Shown here: one piece after another, positions 1-8,628 of the stretch
How positions within the stretch are numbered: the first letter of the stretch is position 1
How the letters are laid out: each line of letters begins with the position of its first letter
IMG/VR virus record: IMGVR_UViG_3300036546_000108
Coordinates: 1-40,484 of that record
Length of the DNA stretch: 40,484 nucleotides
From: a virus
Taxonomy: Duplodnaviria; Caudoviricetes
Direction: 5' to 3' (one strand)
Translations under genes and position numbers: made by a program
The notes under the pieces: model-generated
Told to the model about the DNA's origin: nothing
Database searches by the model: none
Seen by the model: only the letters and a program-made list of their open reading frames with translations

Positions 1-1
1 A

Positions 2-298
2 CTGCGCGGGGCCATTGATGATGAGTACGGTGCATGGGAAGGCATAAGCATCATGCTCATCAAGACGAAGGACGGGGAAATAAAGGCTCTGTCGTGGGAA
101 GAATTCCACGATAACAGGAGCTACATCGGTGGCGAATTTGAGCGCCACATCACCGCCGAATGGTGTCCTAAAGATACCGACGCCAGCTGGAAGATAACCC
201 CCGCCTGTGAACACGCCACATTCAACGTGGAGGAAGACGGCGATCTGTACTGCACCGGAGCAGTTTTCTACCTCAAGGACGCTTTGAAGGAACTCTAG
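2..298 (+). CDS. Conserved phage hypothetical protein, 5'-truncated by window edge
   Basis: Frame is open from base 2 (LRGAIDDEYGAWEG...), in frame with the 53..298 ORF; AEWCP...HATF...EDG..YC.G.VF pattern recalled from phage proteins. Confidence 0.75.
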   Translation: MRGAIDDEYGAWEGISIMLIKTKDGEIKALSWEEFHDNRSYIGGEFERHITAEWCPKDTDASWKITPACEHATFNVEEDGDLYCTGAVFYLKDALKEL

Positions 299-363
299 CC
301 TCCCCTCCCAGCGGCTCTCACGGGGGCCGCGAATGAGCGGGGGGGCAAACAAAGGAGTAACCC

Positions 364-471
364 ATGCTTACCATACTGAAAATCATCGGCTGTGTTGCAC
401 TCTTCTGGATTGGCGCGATCATTCTCAAGCTGTGCTTCGCCAAGCCGAGAAGCACGGAAGGAGGTGAGTGA
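364..471 (+). CDS. Small membrane peptide (35 aa, MLTILKIIGCVALFWIGAIILKLCFAKPRSTEGGE)
   Basis: AAGGAG RBS upstream; one hydrophobic helix; TGATG overlap with the next ORF. Confidence 0.65.
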   Translation: MLTILKIIGCVALFWIGAIILKLCFAKPRSTEGGE

Positions 472-593
472 TGTTTCGTGATGACTGGACTTCGAGCTTT
501 GTCATCATGGGCATCATAGTCGCACTTGTAGCTATAGGACTGTGGGAAGCTGCAATCTGGATTATTGGGCATATATCCATAGGCTGGAGGTAA
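471..593 (+). CDS. Small membrane peptide (40 aa, MFRDDWTSSFVIMGIIVALVAIGLWEAAIWIIGHISIGWR)
   Basis: GGAGGTG RBS; coupled start; hydrophobic helix. Confidence 0.65.
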   Translation: MFRDDWTSSFVIMGIIVALVAIGLWEAAIWIIGHISIGWR

Positions 594-598
594 TTGGC

Positions 599-856
599 AT
601 GGTTAAGCGATACTATATTGACTTGGAATCAGCGCAGTACGGCGGCAATTTCAAACAGTTCGACCTTATGATTGAGGATGCAGATGGTGAGTTCGTCACG
701 CATTCCGACTACGCCGCCCTCCTCCACCGCGCCGAGGCTGCGGAGAAGGAGCGGGATAAATACAAGGTTATCCTGGAACAGATAGTAAAAGATTACCACA
801 CTAACCTGCAATTTGTAGAAGATGCCCGTGCAGCTCTAAAGGAAGGTATAAAATGA
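599..856 (+). CDS. Hypothetical phage protein (MVKRY...DGEFV.HSDY, coiled coil)
   Basis: GGAGG RBS before ATG 599; ATGA overlap with the next gene. Confidence 0.7.
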   Translation: MVKRYYIDLESAQYGGNFKQFDLMIEDADGEFVTHSDYAALLHRAEAAEKERDKYKVILEQIVKDYHTNLQFVEDARAALKEGIK

Positions 857-1473
857 GAGAATTTTTTAAGCCGTTAAGCTGGAAAAAACTCGAGATGCAC
901 CACCACCAAGGGAAAATTACCGTCCCTCTGCTCTTGTCTTTCCTGACAGTAGAAACAGAGAGGAACAAAACCTGCCTTGGCAGCAGTAACGGATGGACAC
1001 AGCATCGTGGGCCGAATGGCCTTATCGTATCCGGTGGATTTGTGAATGGAGTTGAACTACTCAATTCAGTCCAATATGGAACCAATCTGGACAACTGCTA
1101 CAATAATTTCGTTAACCCGTTCTATCTGTTCGATATAATGACAGAGGAAGGAAAGTCCTTTTTCCTTGATTTGTATCGAGACGATATTCTGGAATTGATG
1201 AATAAGGAAGCGGCAAAAGTAGCATCCGCAACGCCAAGCTTTAAGCGGCTACGAGACTTCTGGGAACAGTATGGGATAGTGCCTGAAATTTCTTTACCTC
1301 TTGAAGAGGAGAACAAAAGACTTCGCGAGGCGTTGGAACAGTACGCCGATAAAATGAACTGGGGGTTTTACGATATGTCAGGTTGTGAGAAGGGGCATGG
1401 TCGAAGTGAAGACGCGTGTTTCCTTGGAACCGACATAGCCCGCGCTGCCCTGAACGGAGGCAAAAATGATTGA
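853..1473 (+). CDS. Hypothetical phage protein, apparently mosaic with C-terminal 'RLREAL...IARAAL' module
   Basis: 206-aa ORF coupled at both ends. Confidence 0.7.
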   Translation: MREFFKPLSWKKLEMHHHQGKITVPLLLSFLTVETERNKTCLGSSNGWTQHRGPNGLIVSGGFVNGVELLNSVQYGTNLDNCYNNFVNPFYLFDIMTEEGKSFFLDLYRDDILELMNKEAAKVASATPSFKRLRDFWEQYGIVPEISLPLEEENKRLREALEQYADKMNWGFYDMSGCEKGHGRSEDACFLGTDIARAALNGGKND

Positions 1474-1687
1474 TGAACCTGTTTACACAGTCCTTGCCGA
1501 CATTCGCGCCGCTCTCGGTGTTGGCGAAAAGCCGATGCTGACGGAACTGCCGGAGATCGTGCGCCGTGAAATCATGTTAAAAATACACGCGGTGTCTGCA
1601 CTGCAAACCATCCTCGAAAACCACGAACATTTAACCTCCGCCGACTGCGCAGACATTGCGCGGGGCGTTCTGGGAGGTGGGGAATGA
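1466..1687 (+). CDS. Hypothetical phage protein
   Basis: GGAGG RBS; overlaps both neighbours. Confidence 0.7.
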   Translation: MIDEPVYTVLADIRAALGVGEKPMLTELPEIVRREIMLKIHAVSALQTILENHEHLTSADCADIARGVLGGGE

Positions 1688-1938
1688 CACAGGAATACAA
1701 CTACTTTGTCATAGGCGCATCTTTCACCGACGAGCCTATCAAGTGCTCAAATTGTGGGTGCTCAAAGTTCAAGGTCGCAGGCTACAGCGGGAGCTCAGCC
1801 AAAAGCACTACCTACCTCGAATGTATTGAATGCGGATATGGCTGTCGGTTGGAAACTGACGACGAGGGAACTGAGTACATACCAGCCACCCCCGACGGAA
1901 CCAGCGACAACGCCCGCGCGTACGGCGTGCAGGAGTAA
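1684..1938 (+). CDS. Zn-ribbon protein (CxxC...CxxC)
   Basis: CSNC and CIEC pairs; ATGA overlap. Confidence 0.65.
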   Translation: MTQEYNYFVIGASFTDEPIKCSNCGCSKFKVAGYSGSSAKSTTYLECIECGYGCRLETDDEGTEYIPATPDGTSDNARAYGVQE

Positions 1939-1941
1939 CCC

Positions 1942-2250
1942 ATGAGCGAACGCGAGAAGATAGAACGGCTGGCGAAGGCGATGGGCCACGACGTGTGGCG
2001 CAACGATCAGGGGTTTACCATCATTGACGGACTGCACAGCGACTGGAATCCGTGGAAGAATCCGGAGGATTTGCGGCCTGTGCTGGAGTACATTGAAACT
2101 AGCGATGTGTTTCTTAGGTTTAATCGCAGAATGGAAATCATTGGGAAGTGCGGTGGAGCCTACACTCTTCTAACGTTGATCATAAACTGCCCCGGAGAAA
2201 TCGCAGACGCGGCACTCGCCGTGCTGGAAGGTGACCCATGCACGAAGTAA
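1942..2250 (+). CDS. Hypothetical phage protein (NinX/ABA-sandwich-like)
   Basis: LAKAMG...WNP....D pattern; AGGAG RBS. Confidence 0.6.
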   Translation: MSEREKIERLAKAMGHDVWRNDQGFTIIDGLHSDWNPWKNPEDLRPVLEYIETSDVFLRFNRRMEIIGKCGGAYTLLTLIINCPGEIADAALAVLEGDPCTK

Positions 2251-2613
2251 ATGGTTTTGTGCATGTGAAAGTATCTACTGCAGAAAAAGCAATGCGCAGT
2301 TTTTTGAAGCAGAGGGCTAAAGACAAATCAAAGCGGATATCTGATGCTATAGAAAACAATATGAAACCAAGCTGCTTTAGGTTGTTTTGCAGTCCCTTAA
2401 CAAGAAAAGATGCGGCAAAAAAACTATCGAAATGCAAATCTGGAAGTATCATTCCTGAAATTGAGTGGATAAGAGTACGTGGCAGGGCGTGGCAAGAGTA
2501 TGCCTTTCAGATCATCAATGCATGCAAGGTTTCAGATGGGGACACGATAGCTCTCTCGATTGAACTTGCAGAGTTTGTACACAAATGGAGCAATATACCA
2601 TGCACGAAGTAAA
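2236..2613. repeat. 16-bp perfect direct repeat CCATGCACGAAGTAAA at 2236-2251 and 2598-2613
   Basis: Read directly; each copy contains a start codon and the upstream gene's stop. Confidence 0.95.
2238..2612 (+). CDS. AT-rich hypothetical protein between 16-bp direct repeats
   Basis: 124-aa ORF; begins MHEVN like the next gene and ends PCTK like the previous gene. Confidence 0.7.
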   Translation: MHEVNGFVHVKVSTAEKAMRSFLKQRAKDKSKRISDAIENNMKPSCFRLFCSPLTRKDAAKKLSKCKSGSIIPEIEWIRVRGRAWQEYAFQIINACKVSDGDTIALSIELAEFVHKWSNIPCTK

Positions 2614-2881
2614 CGCAGCCACCTACAAGCGCAACCTGTACCGCCTCGAAGAACAGATGAAGGCCCGCGCCGAGAAGATCCACCAGCTTGAAAAGGAGTT
2701 GGCGCAGGAGCGGGAAGAGAAGGCGCGGCTGGCTGAACTGGCATACGAAGTCCACGTTATTGACGACGAAGACACGTTCGCTTGCCCTGTGTGCCGTGGG
2801 ACTCTCACTACTCGTCACCGTGAAGATTGCGCATACGCGCTGGCAATGAGCATCCTGCAACCCAAGCCAGAGGCGGTGTAA
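2600..2881 (+). CDS. Coiled-coil / Zn-finger protein (CPVC...H.EDC)
   Basis: GGAG RBS before ATG 2600. Confidence 0.7.
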   Translation: MHEVNAATYKRNLYRLEEQMKARAEKIHQLEKELAQEREEKARLAELAYEVHVIDDEDTFACPVCRGTLTTRHREDCAYALAMSILQPKPEAV

Positions 2882-2882
2882 C

Positions 2883-3113
2883 ATGATCAGCACGAACTAC
2901 GGTGAATGCGCTGCGAAGATTGCAGAGCTTGAGCAGAAACTGGAAGACGCACGTAAGCGCAACCACGACATTGCGAACCAGGTCGCAGCGTACCAGTGCC
3001 TGTGTATGGACGTACTAGAAGTGCTGCCGGTAACTGAGGAAAACAAAGAACTCATCGAGTTGGTTAAACGTGCAGCAGATGGGGAGGTGGTTGTATGCGA
3101 GCAGCAATCATAG
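2883..3113 (+). CDS. Coiled-coil hypothetical protein
   Basis: GAGG RBS; tight spacing. Confidence 0.65.
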   Translation: MISTNYGECAAKIAELEQKLEDARKRNHDIANQVAAYQCLCMDVLEVLPVTEENKELIELVKRAADGEVVVCEQQS

Positions 3114-3445
3114 CCATAGCAATCTCCATGCTTGCATCCATCGCGCACGCAGAGCAGCCAGAGTCGTACTATCAGCATCTTCTGTGCGACGGTGTTGGGA
3201 AGATGGAATATCGCCTTCCAGACGGAACGCGCGTCGACTGCCTTACAGAGACTCACGCATGGGAGGTTGATTTTCAGCACAAGTGGGCCGAAGCCTTTGG
3301 ACAGGCGTTGCACTACGCCAGGATGACGGGGCGTGAACCGGCAGTGTTGCTGGTTGGTGATAACGCGGATAAATACGCAGGACGCATTATCGCCCTCACC
3401 AAGGCGCACGGAATACGGATACTGGTTGTAACCGTCAAGCCATGA
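3095..3445 (+). CDS. Signal-peptide protein with PD-(D/E)XK restriction-endonuclease-like motifs
   Basis: N-terminal hydrophobic segment ending AHA; E..YQ, RVDC, EVDF, KWAEA.GQAL.Y motifs. Confidence 0.6.
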   Translation: MRAAIIAIAISMLASIAHAEQPESYYQHLLCDGVGKMEYRLPDGTRVDCLTETHAWEVDFQHKWAEAFGQALHYARMTGREPAVLLVGDNADKYAGRIIALTKAHGIRILVVTVKP

Positions 3446-3473
3446 AAAGGCCCCCATTTAGGGGGCTTAATTT
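3445..3473. terminator. Probable bidirectional intrinsic terminator between convergent arms
   Basis: AAAA-GGCCCCC-ATTTA-GGGGGC-TTAATTT hairpin between convergent stop codons. Confidence 0.8.
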
Positions 3474-3805
3474 ACGTTGTACTTTATAGCAATGTATGAA
3501 GCGACTCCGCCCATCCCGGCGGTAGCCAAAAATCTGACAACCGTTTGCATAAAAACTTTTTGCCGGTCTTCGCTTGCTCGTCTAGCAGAGCGCAAGTAAA
3601 GCATGTCGGCCTGACATTCAAAAGGGTTCTTGCAATCTATTCCAAGCCTTTCGAGAGTAGCTTCAATCGTTACAGGAACGATCTCTGCAACAGCCTCTTT
3701 TATCCATGAGTGTCCTGTGTGTTTTATGGCCTCGTGCGTCTCGGTCTTAATGGCGTCGATTAACTCGCGCTTGAGGTCTGACATTTGCCGCTCCATGTCT
3801 GTCAT
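3467..3805 (-). CDS. Small protein with C-terminal TM helix (possible holin-like)
   Basis: TLERLGID..NP.E.Q.D..YLR motif, C-terminal hydrophobic helix; last gene of the tail operon. Confidence 0.6.
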   Translation of the reverse strand: MTDMERQMSDLKRELIDAIKTETHEAIKHTGHSWIKEAVAEIVPVTIEATLERLGIDCKNPFECQADMLYLRSARRASEDRQKVFMQTVVRFLATAGMGGVASYIAIKYNVN

Positions 3806-4536
3806 TTGGACCCCCTGTTGAGGCGGTCAACGCACCGATAGAAATAGATGGATGGTATGCACTCCCAAGGCCATTTGGGCACGTATTCGCGACCAAGAAC
3901 TTTCAGGAACGGTACAACTGCCGCAATGCATCTAATGCGTAGCCACAAGCTCCCCTCTGTTCGTACAGGGGCCCCAACCACTTCGGCTGCCGCATTTGTT
4001 ATTGATTCGTCTATTTTTACCCCGGTGTCAATCAGCACGTACTTGGATTTATCAAGCCCTTCTGCTGGCACAGACTCGACAACGGGGCTTCCAGAGCAAA
4101 GTTTTATCCACTCATTGCCCACCACTATACTCATCGATCGCACTGGCAAGCCCACAACGGAAAACAACAACATAAGCAGGGAGCCGTGCTCCCCTTGATA
4201 AAACGCGAGCATCACGTTTTCGTCTGTCTGCGGATCGCTACGGAAAGAATCTGGACGAGAGCCAACCCATAGGACAACAGACAAGCACAAGGCGGCTGCC
4301 GCAAGCTTAAACCATATTGGGAAGTATAACGCAGAAAATCCAGTATAAGCGACGATAAGAGTCATGGCAGACACTGCCCTGTGTGAAGGTTGCTTTGCAC
4401 AGCACAGGCCGCAAACAGCAACCAGAAACACTATCGCCTGTTCTGTAGCAAGCTGGCCCCGCAATGTCATTTTAGAAACATACGGAGCCAGCCCCATGTC
4501 TATCAGAAAAAATAGTGCTGCAAACAGCCAAAACAT
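3802..4536 (-). CDS. Multi-TM membrane protein with soluble C-terminal domain
   Basis: About four hydrophobic N-terminal segments; coupled to neighbours. Confidence 0.65.
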   Translation of the reverse strand: MFWLFAALFFLIDMGLAPYVSKMTLRGQLATEQAIVFLVAVCGLCCAKQPSHRAVSAMTLIVAYTGFSALYFPIWFKLAAAALCLSVVLWVGSRPDSFRSDPQTDENVMLAFYQGEHGSLLMLLFSVVGLPVRSMSIVVGNEWIKLCSGSPVVESVPAEGLDKSKYVLIDTGVKIDESITNAAAEVVGAPVRTEGSLWLRIRCIAAVVPFLKVLGREYVPKWPWECIPSIYFYRCVDRLNRGSK

Positions 4537-4539
4537 GAT

Positions 4540-5004
4540 CTACTCGGTTATTGACATGTCACAGACACATGCGGGCTTGGTAGGCCAAGGACATGCAACA
4601 TCGTCCGGCCCGTTCCACGGGAAGCCAGGCTGCTGCGGAATATTGCGGAGGTCTTCAATATATTGCAGCACGGAAATGTATTCCTGTTCCGTGATAGGGC
4701 TAGCAACTGTTCCGCCTGACGAGATAAGCGCCTGCTGAGTGGTGTATTTCCCTGTCAGATCAAGGGCGCACAGCATTCGGCAGTCTCTTGTATTTCTGAC
4801 GGCTTCTGCAAGCTGCTCAACTGTCGGAGCAGGAGGTTCTACAGCAGCTGGAAGCTGTGTCTGTTCATCCCATGAAATAATCTTACCTTGTGACTGTGCT
4901 ACCATCAAAGTTGTATACAGTTCGTCATTAATATCAACAGCGTCCACTGGGGCGTTTCCAAGCGATGGCGAATAAAAACCACCAGATGAAGGACTATACT
5001 TCAT
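4540..5004 (-). CDS. Tail fibre assembly chaperone
   Basis: YSPS.GGFY, LRNIPQQPGFP..WP.KP motifs; follows the fibre gene. Confidence 0.85.
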   Translation of the reverse strand: MKYSPSSGGFYSPSLGNAPVDAVDINDELYTTLMVAQSQGKIISWDEQTQLPAAVEPPAPTVEQLAEAVRNTRDCRMLCALDLTGKYTTQQALISSGGTVASPITEQEYISVLQYIEDLRNIPQQPGFPWNGPDDVACPWPTKPACVCDMSITE

Positions 5005-5008
5005 TTTT

Positions 5009-5764
5009 TTACCTTCCTATCGCAATCCAGTACATTGCGTTGTTGTTCGATCCATTATTATAATGACCTATTGTAAACCGTGAGTTACTTACTACATACA
5101 CGCTGCATCCTCCGTTGTTACCAGCAGCATCTGCGGCATTGTCACCAACAACACTTCCAAATGCTGCAATGAAGGAATTGGGGAATGTTACAGGAAGAGT
5201 GATAGTCGCATATGATGTCGCGTTTATTATACCTGTCATTCCATACTGTTCAATGATCCCATCTGGGCGCATGTATGCCTGTCCTGCAACAAGCTCTTCC
5301 CACTGCCCCGTAGTTCCTCGGGCCTGAGCGGTACGCAGGGGGGTCATTACATTGGTGTTGTTTACGCCAGCCTCAGCTTCTGCCTGAGATGCTATAACAA
5401 CCTGAGAATCAAGAACCCAATTTGTACCAAGATCTGTGGTCGGATCGTTTCCGGCGTTGGCAATTACGGCCTTGTATACTTGTCCGTTGCTACCTATCAC
5501 TCGGGCGTACTGAGAATACGCAAACGTGGTGTCCCAAAACAGAATGCCCTGACGCTGTACAAGCCCCATAGCTTCCGTGATGTCGAAAAACATCTGGTTC
5601 GTCTGTTCTCTTCCAATGGGTTTGTAGTCTGGATCTGTGTTGGGAAGTTCGTAGTCAGGACTCCAACCTTCCGTGTAGCTAATGCTACCGTCAGGCTGTA
5701 AGGCGTCAGGAACAGCCGTTTTGTTTCCGGCCTGTGCAAACGGAGTTTCAAAAAACTTTGTCAT
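5009..5764 (-). CDS. Tail fibre protein with gp53-like C-terminal domain
   Basis: PFA..G.K..VP.....DG.ISY.EGW N-terminus; ASQAEAEAG..MTPL; PDG.I.QYG...LP.TFPN...YWIAIG. Confidence 0.85.
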   Translation of the reverse strand: MTKFFETPFAQAGNKTAVPDALQPDGSISYTEGWSPDYELPNTDPDYKPIGREQTNQMFFDITEAMGLVQRQGILFWDTTFAYSQYARVIGSNGQVYKAVIANAGNDPTTDLGTNWVLDSQVVIASQAEAEAGVNNTNVMTPLRTAQARGTTGQWEELVAGQAYMRPDGIIEQYGMTGIINATSYATITLPVTFPNSFIAAFGSVVGDNAADAAGNNGGCSVYVVSNSRFTIGHYNNGSNNNAMYWIAIGR

Positions 5765-5766
5765 GT

Positions 5767-6423
5767 CTATGCTCCAAAGTTGCCATTTTCAAAGTTTAAA
5801 TGGTTTACGCCGAAACCAAATGACGGCTTGACCTGCACCTGCCAGCGCACGCCTACACCGGCAGGGCGCGGTAATATGTCGTAATTTTCAAGGATCTGCC
5901 GCAACCGTGAATCAGGCTCGAAGCTGAAAAAGTAAGTTGCGTATGTCATGTCAAGGCTGTCTACAACAAATACCTTTCCTTGATCTCCGAACAAAACTTG
6001 TAACCACTCGTTTATTTCAGTAACAGAGCCCCTGCTTACAAGCTGGAAGTAGCGCAGTTTTAGAACAAGTCTGGCTTGAGCTGTGGTCAACGGTATTTCG
6101 CCGGACACGCCGCGTGCAAAGTTACCGTTTCCAAAGTTCTTGTGATTGACACCAAAGCCAAACGCATCCTTGCTTTTTGACTCAGGAACTTCAAATGCTA
6201 ATGGAATGTTCAGTATTCGAGCCCACACGGCAAGGCCGAAGTCGTTGGCGGTATCGAGGTTGAAAACGTCACTGTACCAATTGCTCCAAAAATCTTTCTG
6301 ATTGGTGTTATACCAGTCCTGCTTATTCTGAATTATGGTAATCAATGCTTCGGCGTTATCATGCTGCCAGAGCAACGCCTTGAGCAAGTCCACGCTGAAA
6401 TCAAACTCCTTTACTGTTGCCAT
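5767..6423 (-). CDS. Baseplate protein, DUF2612 family
   Basis: FNLDTA...GL.VW.RI, FGF, LPRPAGV motifs; follows the J-like gene. Confidence 0.85.
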   Translation of the reverse strand: MATVKEFDFSVDLLKALLWQHDNAEALITIIQNKQDWYNTNQKDFWSNWYSDVFNLDTANDFGLAVWARILNIPLAFEVPESKSKDAFGFGVNHKNFGNGNFARGVSGEIPLTTAQARLVLKLRYFQLVSRGSVTEINEWLQVLFGDQGKVFVVDSLDMTYATYFFSFEPDSRLRQILENYDILPRPAGVGVRWQVQVKPSFGFGVNHLNFENGNFGA

Positions 6424-6426
6424 AGC

Positions 6427-7611
6427 CTATACCGGTATAACCTGTATGGTTGCCAGCGTTGCAATCTGCTGGATAGAAATCGGAACGGCGGTGGGTGCAA
6501 ACGTAACGCCATCTGTCGACAATTCCACGTTTGTGACAAAGATTCGGGGCTCTACCTGATTGATGGCTCCCGCTATTTCAAACGGGTTAACGTCTGCTCC
6601 GATTACGAAACCATCTTCATTGTCAAGTTCTCCGTCTGCGTATTTATGAATAGCATCAGGGACTACCGTTGCCGCGTCAATTCCGTTATATCGAGCAGTC
6701 ACCTTGACGTAGACGTTGACAGCAACCGGCCGGTCAAATTGTACAGAATAAGTTGTCCCGCTTGCGGGTTCAACAACATCAACTGTTGTGTTGCCATTCC
6801 AGCCAGCTCCAAGGCTTTTGGTCGACAGCAGCGCATATGCGATTGCATCGTCGTCACCGCCAGAAACCCCGACAAATATGCTATGAGGAATCATGTTTAC
6901 GCCGTCAATGATTTGGGGCGAGCTAGTCACGTTTTCACGAAAAACAACGCTGCGCACCTCATCAACATCATAGACGCGGGAAATTATAGCTTCAGGAAGA
7001 GCAACGCCTTGCAAAGCCAGCGTGTTGCGTCTTCGCCTGCGTGCGGATATATCCGACTCTTCATTACGTCCAAGAACCGCCGCTGATGGATTTGTAATTG
7101 TTTCCCATCCAAGCACGGCAGTTGCTACGTTAACAAGCTGTCCTATGGGGCACGGTATGGGGCCCGTCTCAACAGATTCGAGATTAGCCGTAACCGTTCC
7201 GCCTACACCTATTGTTACGTCACCGGTGGTTTGAAAAAGGTCGTTTGTTCCGTCAACGGAAGCAAGTGAACCAGCAGGGACTATCGTTCCAGAAGCACCG
7301 CCAAGAACAGCGCCGGTAATAAGCGAGCGAGTCGCCCCCCTTCGACTGCCACGGGTAAGAGCCCATATTGCATCAAGGAAAACCCCTTCAGCAATGTCCG
7401 GGTTTATCTGGTTGGCAAGCTCGGCGTTGTTTCGCGCTACGGCGTCGCGAGCTTCCGTTTCCGCCGTAATCATGACACCCTGCGGGGTTTCTGGGTCAGT
7501 AACAAGGTCTGCACCGAAAGCCTCACGCCATTCTGATACAACCTGATCGCGTAAAGTCGCGGTATCAGGCTGCACAACTCCAAGGGATGTGATAAAATTA
7601 TAATCAGCCAT
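6427..7611 (-). CDS. Baseplate J-like wedge protein
   Basis: TPQG, P..AEGVFLD, GRNEESD...R.RR, PHSI...VSGG motifs. Confidence 0.9.
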   Translation of the reverse strand: MADYNFITSLGVVQPDTATLRDQVVSEWREAFGADLVTDPETPQGVMITAETEARDAVARNNAELANQINPDIAEGVFLDAIWALTRGSRRGATRSLITGAVLGGASGTIVPAGSLASVDGTNDLFQTTGDVTIGVGGTVTANLESVETGPIPCPIGQLVNVATAVLGWETITNPSAAVLGRNEESDISARRRRRNTLALQGVALPEAIISRVYDVDEVRSVVFRENVTSSPQIIDGVNMIPHSIFVGVSGGDDDAIAYALLSTKSLGAGWNGNTTVDVVEPASGTTYSVQFDRPVAVNVYVKVTARYNGIDAATVVPDAIHKYADGELDNEDGFVIGADVNPFEIAGAINQVEPRIFVTNVELSTDGVTFAPTAVPISIQQIATLATIQVIPV

Positions 7612-7948
7612 TTACAATAGCCTCCCCTGCTGTCGTGCGAATGGTGGCGGTGTATGTCAAAATGTCGCCGGTCTGTGTCGCAGAAAATTCTAGCACTTCG
7701 AGCACGTCCGGAGCCTGCAACAGTCTAGCCCGTCCAACAGCTTCAAACTGTGCCACATTTGGCGACGCCCCCCAAACAACAGGATCAAAAGGTACGCCTT
7801 CGTCTGCCTTGTGAATCATCTCCCCGCGCCGAGCTTGCATAAACTGTCGAGCAGTCTGCGCTATCGCATTTATATCACCGAATGTGTTAAGATTCCCATT
7901 GGAACCAATAACCAAATCATTCAAAGCATTCGACTGAAAGGTTCTCAT
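7604..7948 (-). CDS. Baseplate wedge / sheath initiator protein
   Basis: GEM......GVP, YTATIRT..G motifs; position. Confidence 0.75.
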   Translation of the reverse strand: MRTFQSNALNDLVIGSNGNLNTFGDINAIAQTARQFMQARRGEMIHKADEGVPFDPVVWGASPNVAQFEAVGRARLLQAPDVLEVLEFSATQTGDILTYTATIRTTAGEAIVNG

Positions 7949-8628
7949 GGCTGCGGAACTCCGGTGTCAGAAACTGGCCCGTCTGGCGCGGTGGGTGAAC
8001 CTGCATGAACATGTGTATCGCCCACGTTTATTCCATTGTGCGTAAGAGATGAACCGACGATATCAACATCGCCGCTAACTGTCAAAGTTGTGACGGTCAT
8101 ATTTACCGATGGGGCAACAATATCTATGCTGTCGTCATTTAGTGCGATACTCCGAGTTCCATCCAAAGACTGAAAAACGGCACCGTCTATGTTTCCCTCT
8201 CCAATTACCCAATCCTTGATAGTATCAGGAAAAAACATGGCATCCGAAAACGAGTGTATGCGCTTTGTGTTCGGCCAATCCTCTCCGCCCTTTGACTGCA
8301 TAATGAGACTAATGTCTCTGTCGTTCGCCTTGAGCCATCCAAAGTCACCGGCTTGCAACGGGAAAGACATAAAGTAGCCGCCGCCGCCAAACCGAAAAAC
8401 CTTGATGTTTGATATTGATGCTCGGCTTATCTTTGATCCGTCAGTTGTGCCAACCATGACAATAGGCTTAATGACTGCCCTGTTTGTTGCTCGGTTATAA
8501 CTCACAACGCGAGCGGGGAGCATGTCGTCGACTTCACCACGCAACCATTTTTCAAGGGCATCGCGCAATGTCCCCGGGAGGCTGCCTGTGTTGGCAACAT
8601 TTCTGTTTGGCTGTTGTATTTTTGTCAT
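7945..8628 (-). CDS. Baseplate central spike (Gp138-like N-terminal domain)
   Basis: PARVVSY, FPL..GD.G, DRDIS, R.HS.SDA.F, C-terminal HVH metal tip. Confidence 0.85.
   Translation of the reverse strand: MTKIQQPNRNVANTGSLPGTLRDALEKWLRGEVDDMLPARVVSYNRATNRAVIKPIVMVGTTDGSKISRASISNIKVFRFGGGGYFMSFPLQAGDFGWLKANDRDISLIMQSKGGEDWPNTKRIHSFSDAMFFPDTIKDWVIGEGNIDGAVFQSLDGTRSIALNDDSIDIVAPSVNMTVTTLTVSGDVDIVGSSLTHNGINVGDTHVHAGSPTAPDGPVSDTGVPQP

Noticed and set aside
4540-5764. Diversity-generating retroelement or invertible tail-fibre system
   Set aside because: No reverse transcriptase, invertase, template repeat or second fibre tip is seen in the window.
6361-7086. 241-aa antisense ORF over baseplate J, and many other short shadow ORFs in the track
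   Set aside because: They fully overlap well-supported genes on the other strand or frame.
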